A DNA stretch of 64,000 nucleotides from an uncultured cyanobacterium (GTDB lineage Bacteria > Cyanobacteriota > Cyanobacteriia > Cyanobacteriales > Nostocaceae): positions 2,176,001 through 2,240,000 of the forward strand of contig OY970166.1 of assembly GCA_963706595.1 (NCBI GenBank), written 5' to 3'. The notes under the pieces are model-generated. The model did no database searches, was not told where the DNA came from, and saw only the letters and a list, made by a program, of their open reading frames with translations. Shown here one piece after another: positions 20,857 to 29,899 of this stretch; positions within the stretch are counted from its first letter, which is position 1, and each line of letters starts with the position of its first letter. The translations under genes were made by a program, and so were the position numbers.

Positions 20857-22257
20857 TTGACTGAAACGAATAATTTCAACTCTACCACCCAAAATATCAC
20901 GCGCAACGAATTACGGGATTTAGTGCGAAATCAGCTACAAATTCTCTTAGAATCGGGGAATTTGCAGGAAGCCAAATCTATTCTCCGACCTGTGCAACCT
21001 GCGGATATTGCTGAGGCCATTGAAGGCTTACCAGAAGCAATGCACGCTTTGGTTTTTCGCTTGCTTCCTAAGACTGAGGCTATCGAGGTGTATGAATATC
21101 TCGACTACAGTGTGCAAGAACATTTAATTGAGGAACTGAAAAGTCAAGATGTGCGTGACATTGTAGATAAAATGTCTCCAGATGACCGCGCTAGGTTATT
21201 TGATGAATTACCAGCCAAAGTTGTCAATCGTTTGTTAGAACAACTCAGTCCCACAGAACGCCAAGCTACAGCTCAACTTTTGGGTTATGAAGCGGGTACG
21301 GCTGGGCGCATCATGACACCGGAGTTAATTTATCTCAAAGAAAATTTTACAGTCACTCAAGCCATAGAGCGAATTCGTAGCCTCGCTAATGTCAGTGAAA
21401 TAATTTATTACCTTTACGTGACTGATACTGCTAGGTGTTTGACGGGAATTGTCTCTTTACGGGAGTTGGTGGTGTCTCAGCCTGAACAAACAATGGGCGA
21501 AATTATGACCCGTGAAGTGGTGTTTGTTCACACAGATACAGACCAAGAAGAAGTCGCTCGATTAATTCAAAGATATGATTTTTTAGCTGTTCCTGTGGTG
21601 GATAAAGAACAGCGTTTAGTAGGTATTGTCACTGTTGATGATGTGATTGATATTTTGCAACAGGAAACCACTGAGGATATCTACGCTTTGGGTGGTGGTG
21701 TGCAGTCTGATGGTGACAACTATTTTCAAATGAGTTTACTGCAAGTAGCTCGCAAGCGCGTAGTGTGGTTGTTTGTCTTATTGATAACCAATACAGTCAC
21801 GGGTACAATTATTAAGTCTCAAGAAGATATTTTAAAACAAGTAGTCATCCTGACGGCGTTTATTCCTTTGCTGACAGGTACTGGTGGGAATGTGGGCGCT
21901 CAGTCTTCTACAGTGGTAATTCGGGGGATGAGTACCGATGAAATCAGATCCCTGAAGATATGGCAGATAATTGGCAGAGAAGCGATCGCCGGGGCGTTTT
22001 TGGGTTTAATGTTAGGTAGCATCGCCACAATCTGGGCTTATTTTCTCCAAGGACGCGCCGAGGTAGCATTTACCGTAGGTATCAGTCTGGTAGCTATTTC
22101 TATTATTGCTTCTGTCTCAGGTTCAGCACTGCCATTTTTATTCCGCGCCCTCCGCTTAGACCCAGCGTTGATGTCAGCACCGTTTATTACTACAGCCGTT
22201 GATGTCCTCGGTGTTTTGATTTACTTTAAGTTGGCACGAGTAATTTTAGGGTTATAG
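20857..22257 (+). CDS. mgtE: Magnesium transporter MgtE
   Basis: N-domain, CBS pair (TAGRIMT; GIVTVDD), GGNVGAQS, DPALMSAPFITT. Confidence 0.96.
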   Translation: MTETNNFNSTTQNITRNELRDLVRNQLQILLESGNLQEAKSILRPVQPADIAEAIEGLPEAMHALVFRLLPKTEAIEVYEYLDYSVQEHLIEELKSQDVRDIVDKMSPDDRARLFDELPAKVVNRLLEQLSPTERQATAQLLGYEAGTAGRIMTPELIYLKENFTVTQAIERIRSLANVSEIIYYLYVTDTARCLTGIVSLRELVVSQPEQTMGEIMTREVVFVHTDTDQEEVARLIQRYDFLAVPVVDKEQRLVGIVTVDDVIDILQQETTEDIYALGGGVQSDGDNYFQMSLLQVARKRVVWLFVLLITNTVTGTIIKSQEDILKQVVILTAFIPLLTGTGGNVGAQSSTVVIRGMSTDEIRSLKIWQIIGREAIAGAFLGLMLGSIATIWAYFLQGRAEVAFTVGISLVAISIIASVSGSALPFLFRALRLDPALMSAPFITTAVDVLGVLIYFKLARVILGL

Positions 22258-22391
22258 TCCCAAGAGGGAAAGTCAAAAGTCAAAAGTCAAAAGTATTAAA
22301 TTCCCTCGCAACAAATCAAAAGAACAGATTTTTTCTTTGGCTAAAAGCCCTGCTATATAATGAAAAGTCTGCAATCCCGACGCGGAATTTT

Positions 22392-22649
22392 TTACAATTC
22401 TGAAGCTGTCTCTGGTGCAACAATTTCTCCAGTCCCTAATTCTAAGATCATATCCTGATCAGTGATTAATTCATTCAGTTCCTTAACTTGTAAATTCATT
22501 TTTTCACAAGAGTCTCTGAGTTCGCTGGCAAAAGTATTGATATCATCGCCATAGCCACATTGATAAGCAGCAACTTCTATTCCCTGCTTGGCATTTGCTC
22601 TAGCACAATCTACTAATTCTGTGCCAATCAATGGTGTTGGGGATGTCAT
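22392..22649 (-). CDS. Conserved cyanobacterial hypothetical protein
   Basis: ATG-started 85-aa ORF (LVDCARANAKQG...CGYG) with no overlap. Confidence 0.75.
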   Translation of the reverse strand: MTSPTPLIGTELVDCARANAKQGIEVAAYQCGYGDDINTFASELRDSCEKMNLQVKELNELITDQDMILELGTGEIVAPETASEL

Positions 22650-22880
22650 AAGCCGTAGTGGTTATTTGTTATTTGTCGTTAGCTAGACTAGCATTTATTT
22701 ACTATTAACGCATCCATCCGATGGCAGAGAAATAAAAATTGGTAATTGTGAAAATGTCATATCCCGATATCTTGAAGATAACAGGATTGTCATTTGTTGC
22801 TAAATAGACCTCTGGTGACAATTAAATATGCGTTTCCTAGAACCCTTGTAGAGACGTTCCATCGAACGTCTCTACATTCT

Positions 22881-22973
22881 CAGGACTTACGCAGAAATTA
22901 CCAAAAGGGTCAATTTAATGAACCGCCAAGTCGCCAAGAACGCCAAGAATTAGGGGAGTGTGCGTAAGTTCTA
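22881..22973. mobile_element. 93-bp MITE with 5-bp TSD
   Basis: TIR CAGGACTTACGCA / TGCGTAAGTTCTA; ATTCT on both sides (22876-80, 22974-78). Confidence 0.7.
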
Positions 22974-23007
22974 ATTCTTTTTCCATGATCATTTCTCAGT
23001 TTTGGCA

Positions 23008-23862
23008 TTAGCCGTTGACTATTGAACCACCATTGGGATGTAATACTTGACCAGTCATATAAGAGGCATCATCGGAAGCTAAAAATACATAACTGGGTGC
23101 AACTTCTTCTGGTTGTCCGGCTCGTTGCATTGGAACTTGTTTGCCGAAAGTTGCAACTTCATCGGCGGGAAAGGTGGAAGGAATTAATGGTGTCCAAATC
23201 GGTCCAGGTGCGACAGCATTAACCCGAATCTCTTTGTTAACTAAATTTTGGGATAAGGAACGAGTAAAGGCGACTATTGCCCCTTTTGTAGAGGAATAAT
23301 CAAGTAATTTGGCATTGCCTTTATAAGCTGTAACTGATGTAGTATTAATGATGGCACTACCTGCTTTTAAATGTTTCATTGCGGCTTTAGTCAGGTAAAA
23401 CATCGAGAAAATATTAGTGCGGAAAGTGCGTTCTAGTTGTTCTTGACTAATTTCCTCAATGTTTTCTTTTGGGTGTTGTTCAGCCGCGTTATTAATCAGA
23501 ATATCGAGTTTACCTAATTGCTCAACGGTTTGTTCTACAGCTTGCTGACAAAAGGTTTCATCGGTAATATCGCCTGCGATCGCCACTACACGCCGCCCTT
23601 GTTTTTCTACCAAATGTTTGGTTTCTTTTGCATCGTCATGTTCCTTCAAGTAAACGATCGCCACATCTGCACCTTCTTTTGCAAAGGCGATCGCCACAGC
23701 CCGACCAATACCACTATCTCCGCCTGTGATTAATGCTACTTTATTATTTAACTTGCCACTACCTTGATACTGGGGGTCATCAGCTTTGGGTTTGGGCTGC
23801 ATTTCTGATTCTTTACCGGGTGGTTTTTGTTCCTGTGGTGGTTGCAAGATTTCTTCTGGCAT
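23008..23862 (-). CDS. SDR oxidoreductase (general stress protein YhdF/YghA-like)
   Basis: TGGDSGIG, NNAA, YSSTK, PGPIWTP. Confidence 0.93.
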   Translation of the reverse strand: MPEEILQPPQEQKPPGKESEMQPKPKADDPQYQGSGKLNNKVALITGGDSGIGRAVAIAFAKEGADVAIVYLKEHDDAKETKHLVEKQGRRVVAIAGDITDETFCQQAVEQTVEQLGKLDILINNAAEQHPKENIEEISQEQLERTFRTNIFSMFYLTKAAMKHLKAGSAIINTTSVTAYKGNAKLLDYSSTKGAIVAFTRSLSQNLVNKEIRVNAVAPGPIWTPLIPSTFPADEVATFGKQVPMQRAGQPEEVAPSYVFLASDDASYMTGQVLHPNGGSIVNG

Positions 23863-24277
23863 CAGATAATTTCCTGTAAATTTATGAATGAAAAAACCAT
23901 TAACAAAATTCTAAAAGTAAACCCTGGATCGATAATTCAATCCAAGGTTTTATTTATGCTTTAACTCCCAACTTACAATTTGTAAGTTCAGGGATTTTTA
24001 CCCCGGATGTAAGCCAAACGTACTAATTGAGGGCAATTGCACGCGACCGACATTTTTATCCTCACACCTGACACACGCTCTTAATCTGACCACTGAAAAC
24101 AAGTACACAACTCTCTTGGAATGTCAGGATTGCTCCTGTTCATCTGCTTTTAATGTAACTATGAAATTAGGGAAGTTTATCATTCTGGAGATGGAAAGAC
24201 AAATTAACTTTTCTCAACCTTAAGACGTAAAATAAACTATTATTAATAAATAATTTGAACGTTAATTTCACTGAATT

Positions 24278-24940
24278 ATGGCTAATCAAACTCTGGGAAT
24301 AGAACCAAAACTATATAACTACTTACTCTCTGTATCTTTACGGGAACCAGAAATCCTGTCTCAACTGCGGGAAGAAACAGCACAGCATCCAATGGGGATG
24401 ATGCAGATTGCACCGGAACAGGGGCAGTTTATGGCTTTGCTGGTGCAATTAATAGGAGCCAAAAAAACTTTAGAGATAGGGGTATTTACGGGTTATAGTT
24501 CCCTAGCTGTGGCTCTAGCGTTACCTCCAGAAGGTCGGGTAGTAGCCTGTGATGTGAGTGAGGAATTTACTGCGATCGCACGTCGTTATTGGCAAGCAGC
24601 CGGGGTAGCGGATAAAATAGACTTACATATAGCCCCAGCAATGGAGACATTAGATCAGTTACTGGCCGCAGGTGAAGCAGAAACCTTTGACTTCGCCTTC
24701 ATTGATGCTGACAAGAGCAATTATGATGGTTATTATGAGCGATCGCTGCAATTAGTCCGTTCGGGTGGATTAATTGTGATTGATAATGTGCTTTGGTCTG
24801 GTAGAGTTGCAGATACCGAAGTTCAAGACAATCGCACTACAAAGATTCGCGCCTTGAATGAGAAATTGCATCAAGATGAGCGCATTAACCTGAGTTTAGT
24901 TCCTATCGCTGATGGTTTAACCCTGGCGCACAAGAAATAA
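24278..24940 (+). CDS. SAM-dependent O-methyltransferase (caffeoyl-CoA OMT-like)
   Basis: LEIGVFTGYS, FIDADK, DNVLWSG. Confidence 0.93.
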   Translation: MANQTLGIEPKLYNYLLSVSLREPEILSQLREETAQHPMGMMQIAPEQGQFMALLVQLIGAKKTLEIGVFTGYSSLAVALALPPEGRVVACDVSEEFTAIARRYWQAAGVADKIDLHIAPAMETLDQLLAAGEAETFDFAFIDADKSNYDGYYERSLQLVRSGGLIVIDNVLWSGRVADTEVQDNRTTKIRALNEKLHQDERINLSLVPIADGLTLAHKK

Positions 24941-24984
24941 TTCCTGTAGAGGTAATTCATGAATTACCTCTATAGCAAAATTTG

Positions 24985-25119
24985 GGCGTTGCTGAATTTG
25001 AATATGAAATTCCAAAAATACATCTCCTCAAGTCTTCTTCTGGTGCGACTCTGCGCCTGGTGCGTGTTAGCGGAGCGGGGCGGAGCAACGGTAAATTCAT
25101 ATCTTAATTAAGCAACGCC
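24985..25119. mobile_element. 135-bp MITE with 8-bp TSD
   Basis: TIR GGCGTTGCTGAAT / ATTAAGCAACGCC; AAAATTTG on both sides (24977-84, 25120-27). Confidence 0.75.
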
Positions 25120-25216
25120 AAAATTTGTGAATTTTATAGTATTAATAATTACGAGTCATATTATACCATAAAACATGGTATTGTGTAAAATTACTAGTCA
25201 AGTTGTCAGAATTTAT

Positions 25217-25666
25217 ATGGAGAACAGCCAAGTGTTTAGAGTCAATAGTCCTCAAGTTGTCTGTGAAACTATTGATGGAGAAGTGGTAGTTGTCGATCTT
25301 GAGCGGGGTTACTATTACAGTCTGCTAAAAACTGGCGCAGATTTGTGGAGTTGTATCGAGCGTCATCTTCAGCGCGATGACATAATCCAAGAAATTGGAC
25401 AAAAGTATGATGGGACTATCGCAGAGATTACTGAGGCGATTGATGAGTTTCTTGACAAATTGCAACATGAGGGATTAATTGTGGCTGATGCCACTATTAC
25501 ACCTGGGGCTATTAATGAGCAAGAATCAGTTACCAGTAGCGAAAAGCCCAAATTTGAGAAACCGATACTAGAGAAGTTTACAGATATGGAAGATTTGCTG
25601 CTGCTCGATCCGATTCATGAGGTGGATGTAGAAGCTGGATGGCCAAATGTGAAGACGGTTTCATAG
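25217..25666 (+). CDS. PqqD family / RiPP recognition element protein with C-terminal leader-like extension
   Basis: IDGEVVVVDLERGYYYSL..TGADLW...FLDKLQHEGLI RRE pattern; tail FEKPILEKFTDMEDLLLLDPIHEVDVEAGWP. Start 25217 (or 25175). Confidence 0.88.
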   Translation: MENSQVFRVNSPQVVCETIDGEVVVVDLERGYYYSLLKTGADLWSCIERHLQRDDIIQEIGQKYDGTIAEITEAIDEFLDKLQHEGLIVADATITPGAINEQESVTSSEKPKFEKPILEKFTDMEDLLLLDPIHEVDVEAGWPNVKTVS

Positions 25667-25690
25667 TGAATACAATATTGTGATTTTACT

Positions 25691-26737
25691 ATGAGTTTAA
25701 ACTGGAGCGATGGCGTAGCCGCCCGCCAAGGGCTTCGCCTGGCTTACTTTGATAGTTATCGATTAAAATTGTCCCACAAACAATTACTCAAAGCCACACT
25801 GTTAAAAGAGCAGGCAATGTTAACGGCTTGGCAAGATTGGCGAGATTCAGTTGATATAGAAACTTTAGATGCTAGTTCCTATTCATTGTTGCCACAACTT
25901 TACCAAAACTTATTAGCTCATAAAGTTGATGACGCTGATATGGCAAGGCTAAAGGGGATCTATCGTCGCCATTGGTATGCTAATCAATTGCAACTCAAAT
26001 CGCTGACAGCAATATTGTCTAGTTTAAAGGATATTGGCATTGAGGCGATTGTGCTGGGAGATGCCGCTTGGGGTGGGATAGGTAAAAATCAAATTGAGAA
26101 TTACCGCCCAATTTATAGCTTCCATCTCTTGCTTGATGGCAATTATTTAGAGACAGCAATCGAGCATTTGCTCTCGCTAAATTGGCATAGTGTTGATGGT
26201 AGTACCCAACAATTTAGGGAATTACGCCACAATTGTGATTCATCGCTGAATTTACGGCTTTATTTGCAAGGACATCTGTTTTGGGCAATTCCCCAAGACT
26301 ATACAGATGGGCAGGTGTGGCATTATGCAACTGCGGATTGGAGCCATGAAGCTGGTTGGCGGCTGAGTGCAACGGATCAGTTCCTGGATGGATGCGCGCG
26401 AATGTTTTTTAGACGACTAACGCCTAAATCATCGAATCCACAGATACACAGGATTGCAGATGCTTTGGTGTTAATTGCGAATCTCCCAAACAACGATTGG
26501 ATCAGGTTGATCACACAAGCACAGCGATATCAAATGATCTTGCCTGTGCGGAATATGTTGCAGCTTTTGCAGCAGTTATTTTCAGTAGAATTACCAACGT
26601 GGGTATTACCGGCTCTCTGGCAAATGCCGATCGCCAATACGGAGTGGCTAAAATATCGAGTTTTAGATGGCGATCGCCGTTCTCTGATGCGTTCAACCAT
26701 TGTGCAATCGCTACAACTGTTGACTCTTTCAAAGTAA
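25691..26737 (+). CDS. Nucleotidyltransferase family protein (NTP_transf_5-like), degenerate active site
   Basis: LLPQLYQNL...RLKGIYRRHWYAN family N-terminus; the expected LKG and RxxxDxDLL motifs read LGD and RPIYSFHLL. Confidence 0.75.
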   Translation: MSLNWSDGVAARQGLRLAYFDSYRLKLSHKQLLKATLLKEQAMLTAWQDWRDSVDIETLDASSYSLLPQLYQNLLAHKVDDADMARLKGIYRRHWYANQLQLKSLTAILSSLKDIGIEAIVLGDAAWGGIGKNQIENYRPIYSFHLLLDGNYLETAIEHLLSLNWHSVDGSTQQFRELRHNCDSSLNLRLYLQGHLFWAIPQDYTDGQVWHYATADWSHEAGWRLSATDQFLDGCARMFFRRLTPKSSNPQIHRIADALVLIANLPNNDWIRLITQAQRYQMILPVRNMLQLLQQLFSVELPTWVLPALWQMPIANTEWLKYRVLDGDRRSLMRSTIVQSLQLLTLSK

Positions 26738-26758
26738 TTGTTTCTTAACTAGATTCCA

Positions 26759-27865
26759 GTGATTTTTATGTATCCTAACCCTGATCTGAGTATTGCTCAG
26801 AGCGATCGCCTTGCTTATTTCCAACTGGTATATACAGGCTTTGAAAGAGCTGCTCAGATTGCCAGTGAGGTACAGTATTATTATGCAATTGGTAAGTATA
26901 AGATATGTCTGAGGTTTGCAGGGGAAGGGTTAATTCCCCAGATTACCCCTGCATTGTCTCATCTCTCTATAGCCCCAGTTCCCCAGCCTGATCTAACTAT
27001 TTGCCTATGGGATAATACCTCAACTAAAACACAATTGCCATTATTAATTGATAGTCTATTAACTCTGATTCGACTGCATTGGACAGATTATCTCGGTCCA
27101 CGCAAAGAGATCAAAGCCTATGATGGCGATCGCATTCGCAGCAATTTTCATATTGGTCCCAACATTCTCAGCGTACTAGATCGAGAGCAAAATTTAGCTT
27201 GTTATTGGATTGACAATGCTGAAGATATTCCTTATTGGGAAAAAGGTTCACCCCTGCAAACCATCTTAAATTGGTGGACAAGCGATCATCGCCAACATCA
27301 ATATGTTCACGCAGGTGCGATCGGTAATCCTGATGGGGGTGTTTTGTTAGCGGGAAAAGGCGGATCTGGCAAATCTTCCACTGCGCTTACCTGTATCAAT
27401 AGTTCGCTGCTCTATGCCAGTGATGATTATTGTTTAGTCACCAGTGATCCTCAACCCTATGTTTATAGCCTCTACAACACCGCCAAATTAAAAGGACAAG
27501 CGGATCTAGAACGATTTCCCCATTTAGCGGATCTCGTTGATAATTGCGATCGCTTAGAGAATGAAAAAGCAATGCTATTTTTGCATCAACATCATCCTCA
27601 AAAAGTCGTACAAGGATTTCCCATCAAAGCGGTGCTAGTGCCTCAAATCACAGGGAAACTAGATACCCATATCCGTCCTATGAGTGCAGGAGCAGCCTTG
27701 CGCGCCCTAGCCCCTAGTACCATCTTTCAATTAGCTGGTAGTGGACAAACAGCATTACAAATCATGTCAAGTTTGGTCAAACAGGTTCCTTGCTATGTTT
27801 TGGAACTTGGCACAGATATGGTACAAATTCCCGATGTAATTCAACGTCTGCTATCGCAAATATAA
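26759..27865 (+). CDS. HprK-related serine kinase
   Basis: HAGAIG...GVLLAGKGGSGKSS (P-loop) and ASDDYCLV. Confidence 0.88.
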   Translation: MIFMYPNPDLSIAQSDRLAYFQLVYTGFERAAQIASEVQYYYAIGKYKICLRFAGEGLIPQITPALSHLSIAPVPQPDLTICLWDNTSTKTQLPLLIDSLLTLIRLHWTDYLGPRKEIKAYDGDRIRSNFHIGPNILSVLDREQNLACYWIDNAEDIPYWEKGSPLQTILNWWTSDHRQHQYVHAGAIGNPDGGVLLAGKGGSGKSSTALTCINSSLLYASDDYCLVTSDPQPYVYSLYNTAKLKGQADLERFPHLADLVDNCDRLENEKAMLFLHQHHPQKVVQGFPIKAVLVPQITGKLDTHIRPMSAGAALRALAPSTIFQLAGSGQTALQIMSSLVKQVPCYVLELGTDMVQIPDVIQRLLSQI

Positions 27866-27896
27866 ATCTGGGAAACTTAAAACAGGAGTCGATCAC

Positions 27897-28314
27897 ATGG
27901 GATATCTCCGGCGAAAAATGATTGAGGGATTAACTCGATTTGTGCCGACAATTCTTCCTCCCCAAAGGCAATACTATAACGAAACCAATAATGATCGATG
28001 GATTTGTGAATATGTCTTTCCCAATAAACGGGATGGTTATTTCTTAGAAGTTGGAGCAGGTGCTGCTCAAAAAATATCATGCTCCTCAAGTGATTGATTA
28101 TGCTGCTTTTGATATTGAGGGCAGTGAGTTGGATGTTTTAGAAGTTTTTCCCTTTGAGCCTTATGTCTTTCTAGCTCTGAGTTTGGAATGTGATGGTTCT
28201 ATCCGTTTACCCATTTCTCAGTTATTAGAATCCAATGGCTATCGACGCGCTAAAAATCCATTTAATCGGGATAAACCTTGGGAAATGTATTGGTTACATC
28301 AGAGTGTTTACTAG
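27897..28314 (+). pseudogene. FkbM-family methyltransferase with internal deletion and frameshift
   Basis: N-part DGYFLEVGAG joins out of frame to C-part APQVIDYAAFDIEGSE; the central region is missing. Confidence 0.8.
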
Positions 28315-28392
28315 TTTGGTTACTCTTAAACATCTGTGAGCAGATTTTTGGTATCATCTTGAGGTTTTTATCCTAACAGTTTTTGGGCATTA

Positions 28393-29085
28393 ATGAATAA
28401 CTTACCTTTAGTAACTGTGATTATCCCTGTCTATAATTACGCTAATTATATAGCCGCAACACTTGACAGTGTATTTGCTCAAACCTATCGCCCAATTGAA
28501 GTCATTGTTGTGGATGATGGTTCAACAGATAACAGTGCGGAAATTGTGCGTGGTTATCCAGAAGTACAGTATTTTTATCAATCAAATCAAGGTGTGTCAG
28601 TTGCTCGCAATGTGGCGATCGCTGCTGCTAAAGGTGAATTTATCGCATTTTTGGATGCAGATGATCTCTGGAAACCTGAGAAACTCAGTCTTCAAATTGC
28701 CTATATGCAGGAAAATCCTGATATTGGGATCACAGGTACAAAATCGATAAATTTTTTAGAATCAGATACTCAACTTCCCCCTTGGCTAAGAGATAAGCCC
28801 CATTGGGAAGAGGTGAGAGAGATCCTTCCCAGCACAATCGTGGTTCACAAATCTGTTTTTAGTCAAATCGGGGTATTCTCTCCTGATTATCGTGCCAGCG
28901 AGGATACAGAATGGCAATGGCGAGCCAAAGATGCAAATATATCCATCTTTAATATCAATGAAATCCTGACATTAAGACGATTTCAGGGTTCTAATCTATC
29001 GTGGGAGATGAAAGTAACTCAGAAATCTCGGATGTTGAGAATTATCAAGGAATCCATCGCTCGTAAATCGACCCAAGCTCGATGA
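28393..29085 (+). CDS. Glycosyltransferase family 2 (tandem copy 1)
   Basis: VIIPVYN, VDDGSTD, FLDADD, SED. Confidence 0.93.
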   Translation: MNNLPLVTVIIPVYNYANYIAATLDSVFAQTYRPIEVIVVDDGSTDNSAEIVRGYPEVQYFYQSNQGVSVARNVAIAAAKGEFIAFLDADDLWKPEKLSLQIAYMQENPDIGITGTKSINFLESDTQLPPWLRDKPHWEEVREILPSTIVVHKSVFSQIGVFSPDYRASEDTEWQWRAKDANISIFNINEILTLRRFQGSNLSWEMKVTQKSRMLRIIKESIARKSTQAR

Positions 29086-29179
29086 GCTAATCTATTTTAT
29101 TCATTCATAGAATTAAACACCTTTCAACAGATTTTCGGCATTATCTTCAGGTTCGTATCCTAATAGTTTTTGGGTATTA

Positions 29180-29872
29180 ATGAATAATTTACCTTTAGTG
29201 ACCGTTGTTATCCCTGTTTATAACTCTGCTAAGTTTTTGGCAGCAGCACTTGACAGTGTATTTGCTCAAACCTATCGCCCAATCGAAGTCATTGTTGTGG
29301 ATGATGGTTCAACAGATAACAGTGCGGAAATTGTGCGTGATTATCCAAAAGTACAGTATTTTTATCAATCAAATCAAGGTGTGTCAGTTGCTCGCAATGT
29401 GGCGATCGCTGCTGCAAAGGGTGAATTTATCGCATTTTTGGATGCAGATGATCTTTGGAAACCTGAGAAACTCAGTCTTCAGATTGCCTATATGCTGGAA
29501 AATCCTGATATTGGGATCACAGGTACAAAGGCGATAAATTTCTTAGAGTCAGATACTCAACTTCCCCCTTGGCTGAGAGATGATCCCAATTGGGAAGAGG
29601 AAAAAGTGATGATTCCTAGCACAATGGTGGTTCACAAATCTGTTTTTAGTCAAGTTGGAGATTTTTCTCCTGATTATCGTGCCAGCCAGGATACAGAATG
29701 GTTATGGCGAGCCAAAGATGCAAAGATCCCCATGTTTAATATCAATGAAATTCTGACATTAAGACGATTTCACGGCTCTAATGTATCATGGCTGATGGCA
29801 GGAACTCACAAATCTCGGATGTTGAGAATTATCAAGGACTCCATCGCTCGTCAATCGCAGCAATCTCGATGA
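29180..29872 (+). CDS. Glycosyltransferase family 2 (tandem copy 2)
   Basis: Close paralog of 28393-29085, same length. Confidence 0.93.
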   Translation: MNNLPLVTVVIPVYNSAKFLAAALDSVFAQTYRPIEVIVVDDGSTDNSAEIVRDYPKVQYFYQSNQGVSVARNVAIAAAKGEFIAFLDADDLWKPEKLSLQIAYMLENPDIGITGTKAINFLESDTQLPPWLRDDPNWEEEKVMIPSTMVVHKSVFSQVGDFSPDYRASQDTEWLWRAKDAKIPMFNINEILTLRRFHGSNVSWLMAGTHKSRMLRIIKDSIARQSQQSR

Positions 29873-29899
29873 GCTAATCTATTTTATCCATGCAAAGAA

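Noticed and set aside
24059..24067. Yfr1 sRNA gene
   Set aside because: Only 9 nt of the motif match and the flanking hairpins are absent; better read as a target site on the minus strand.
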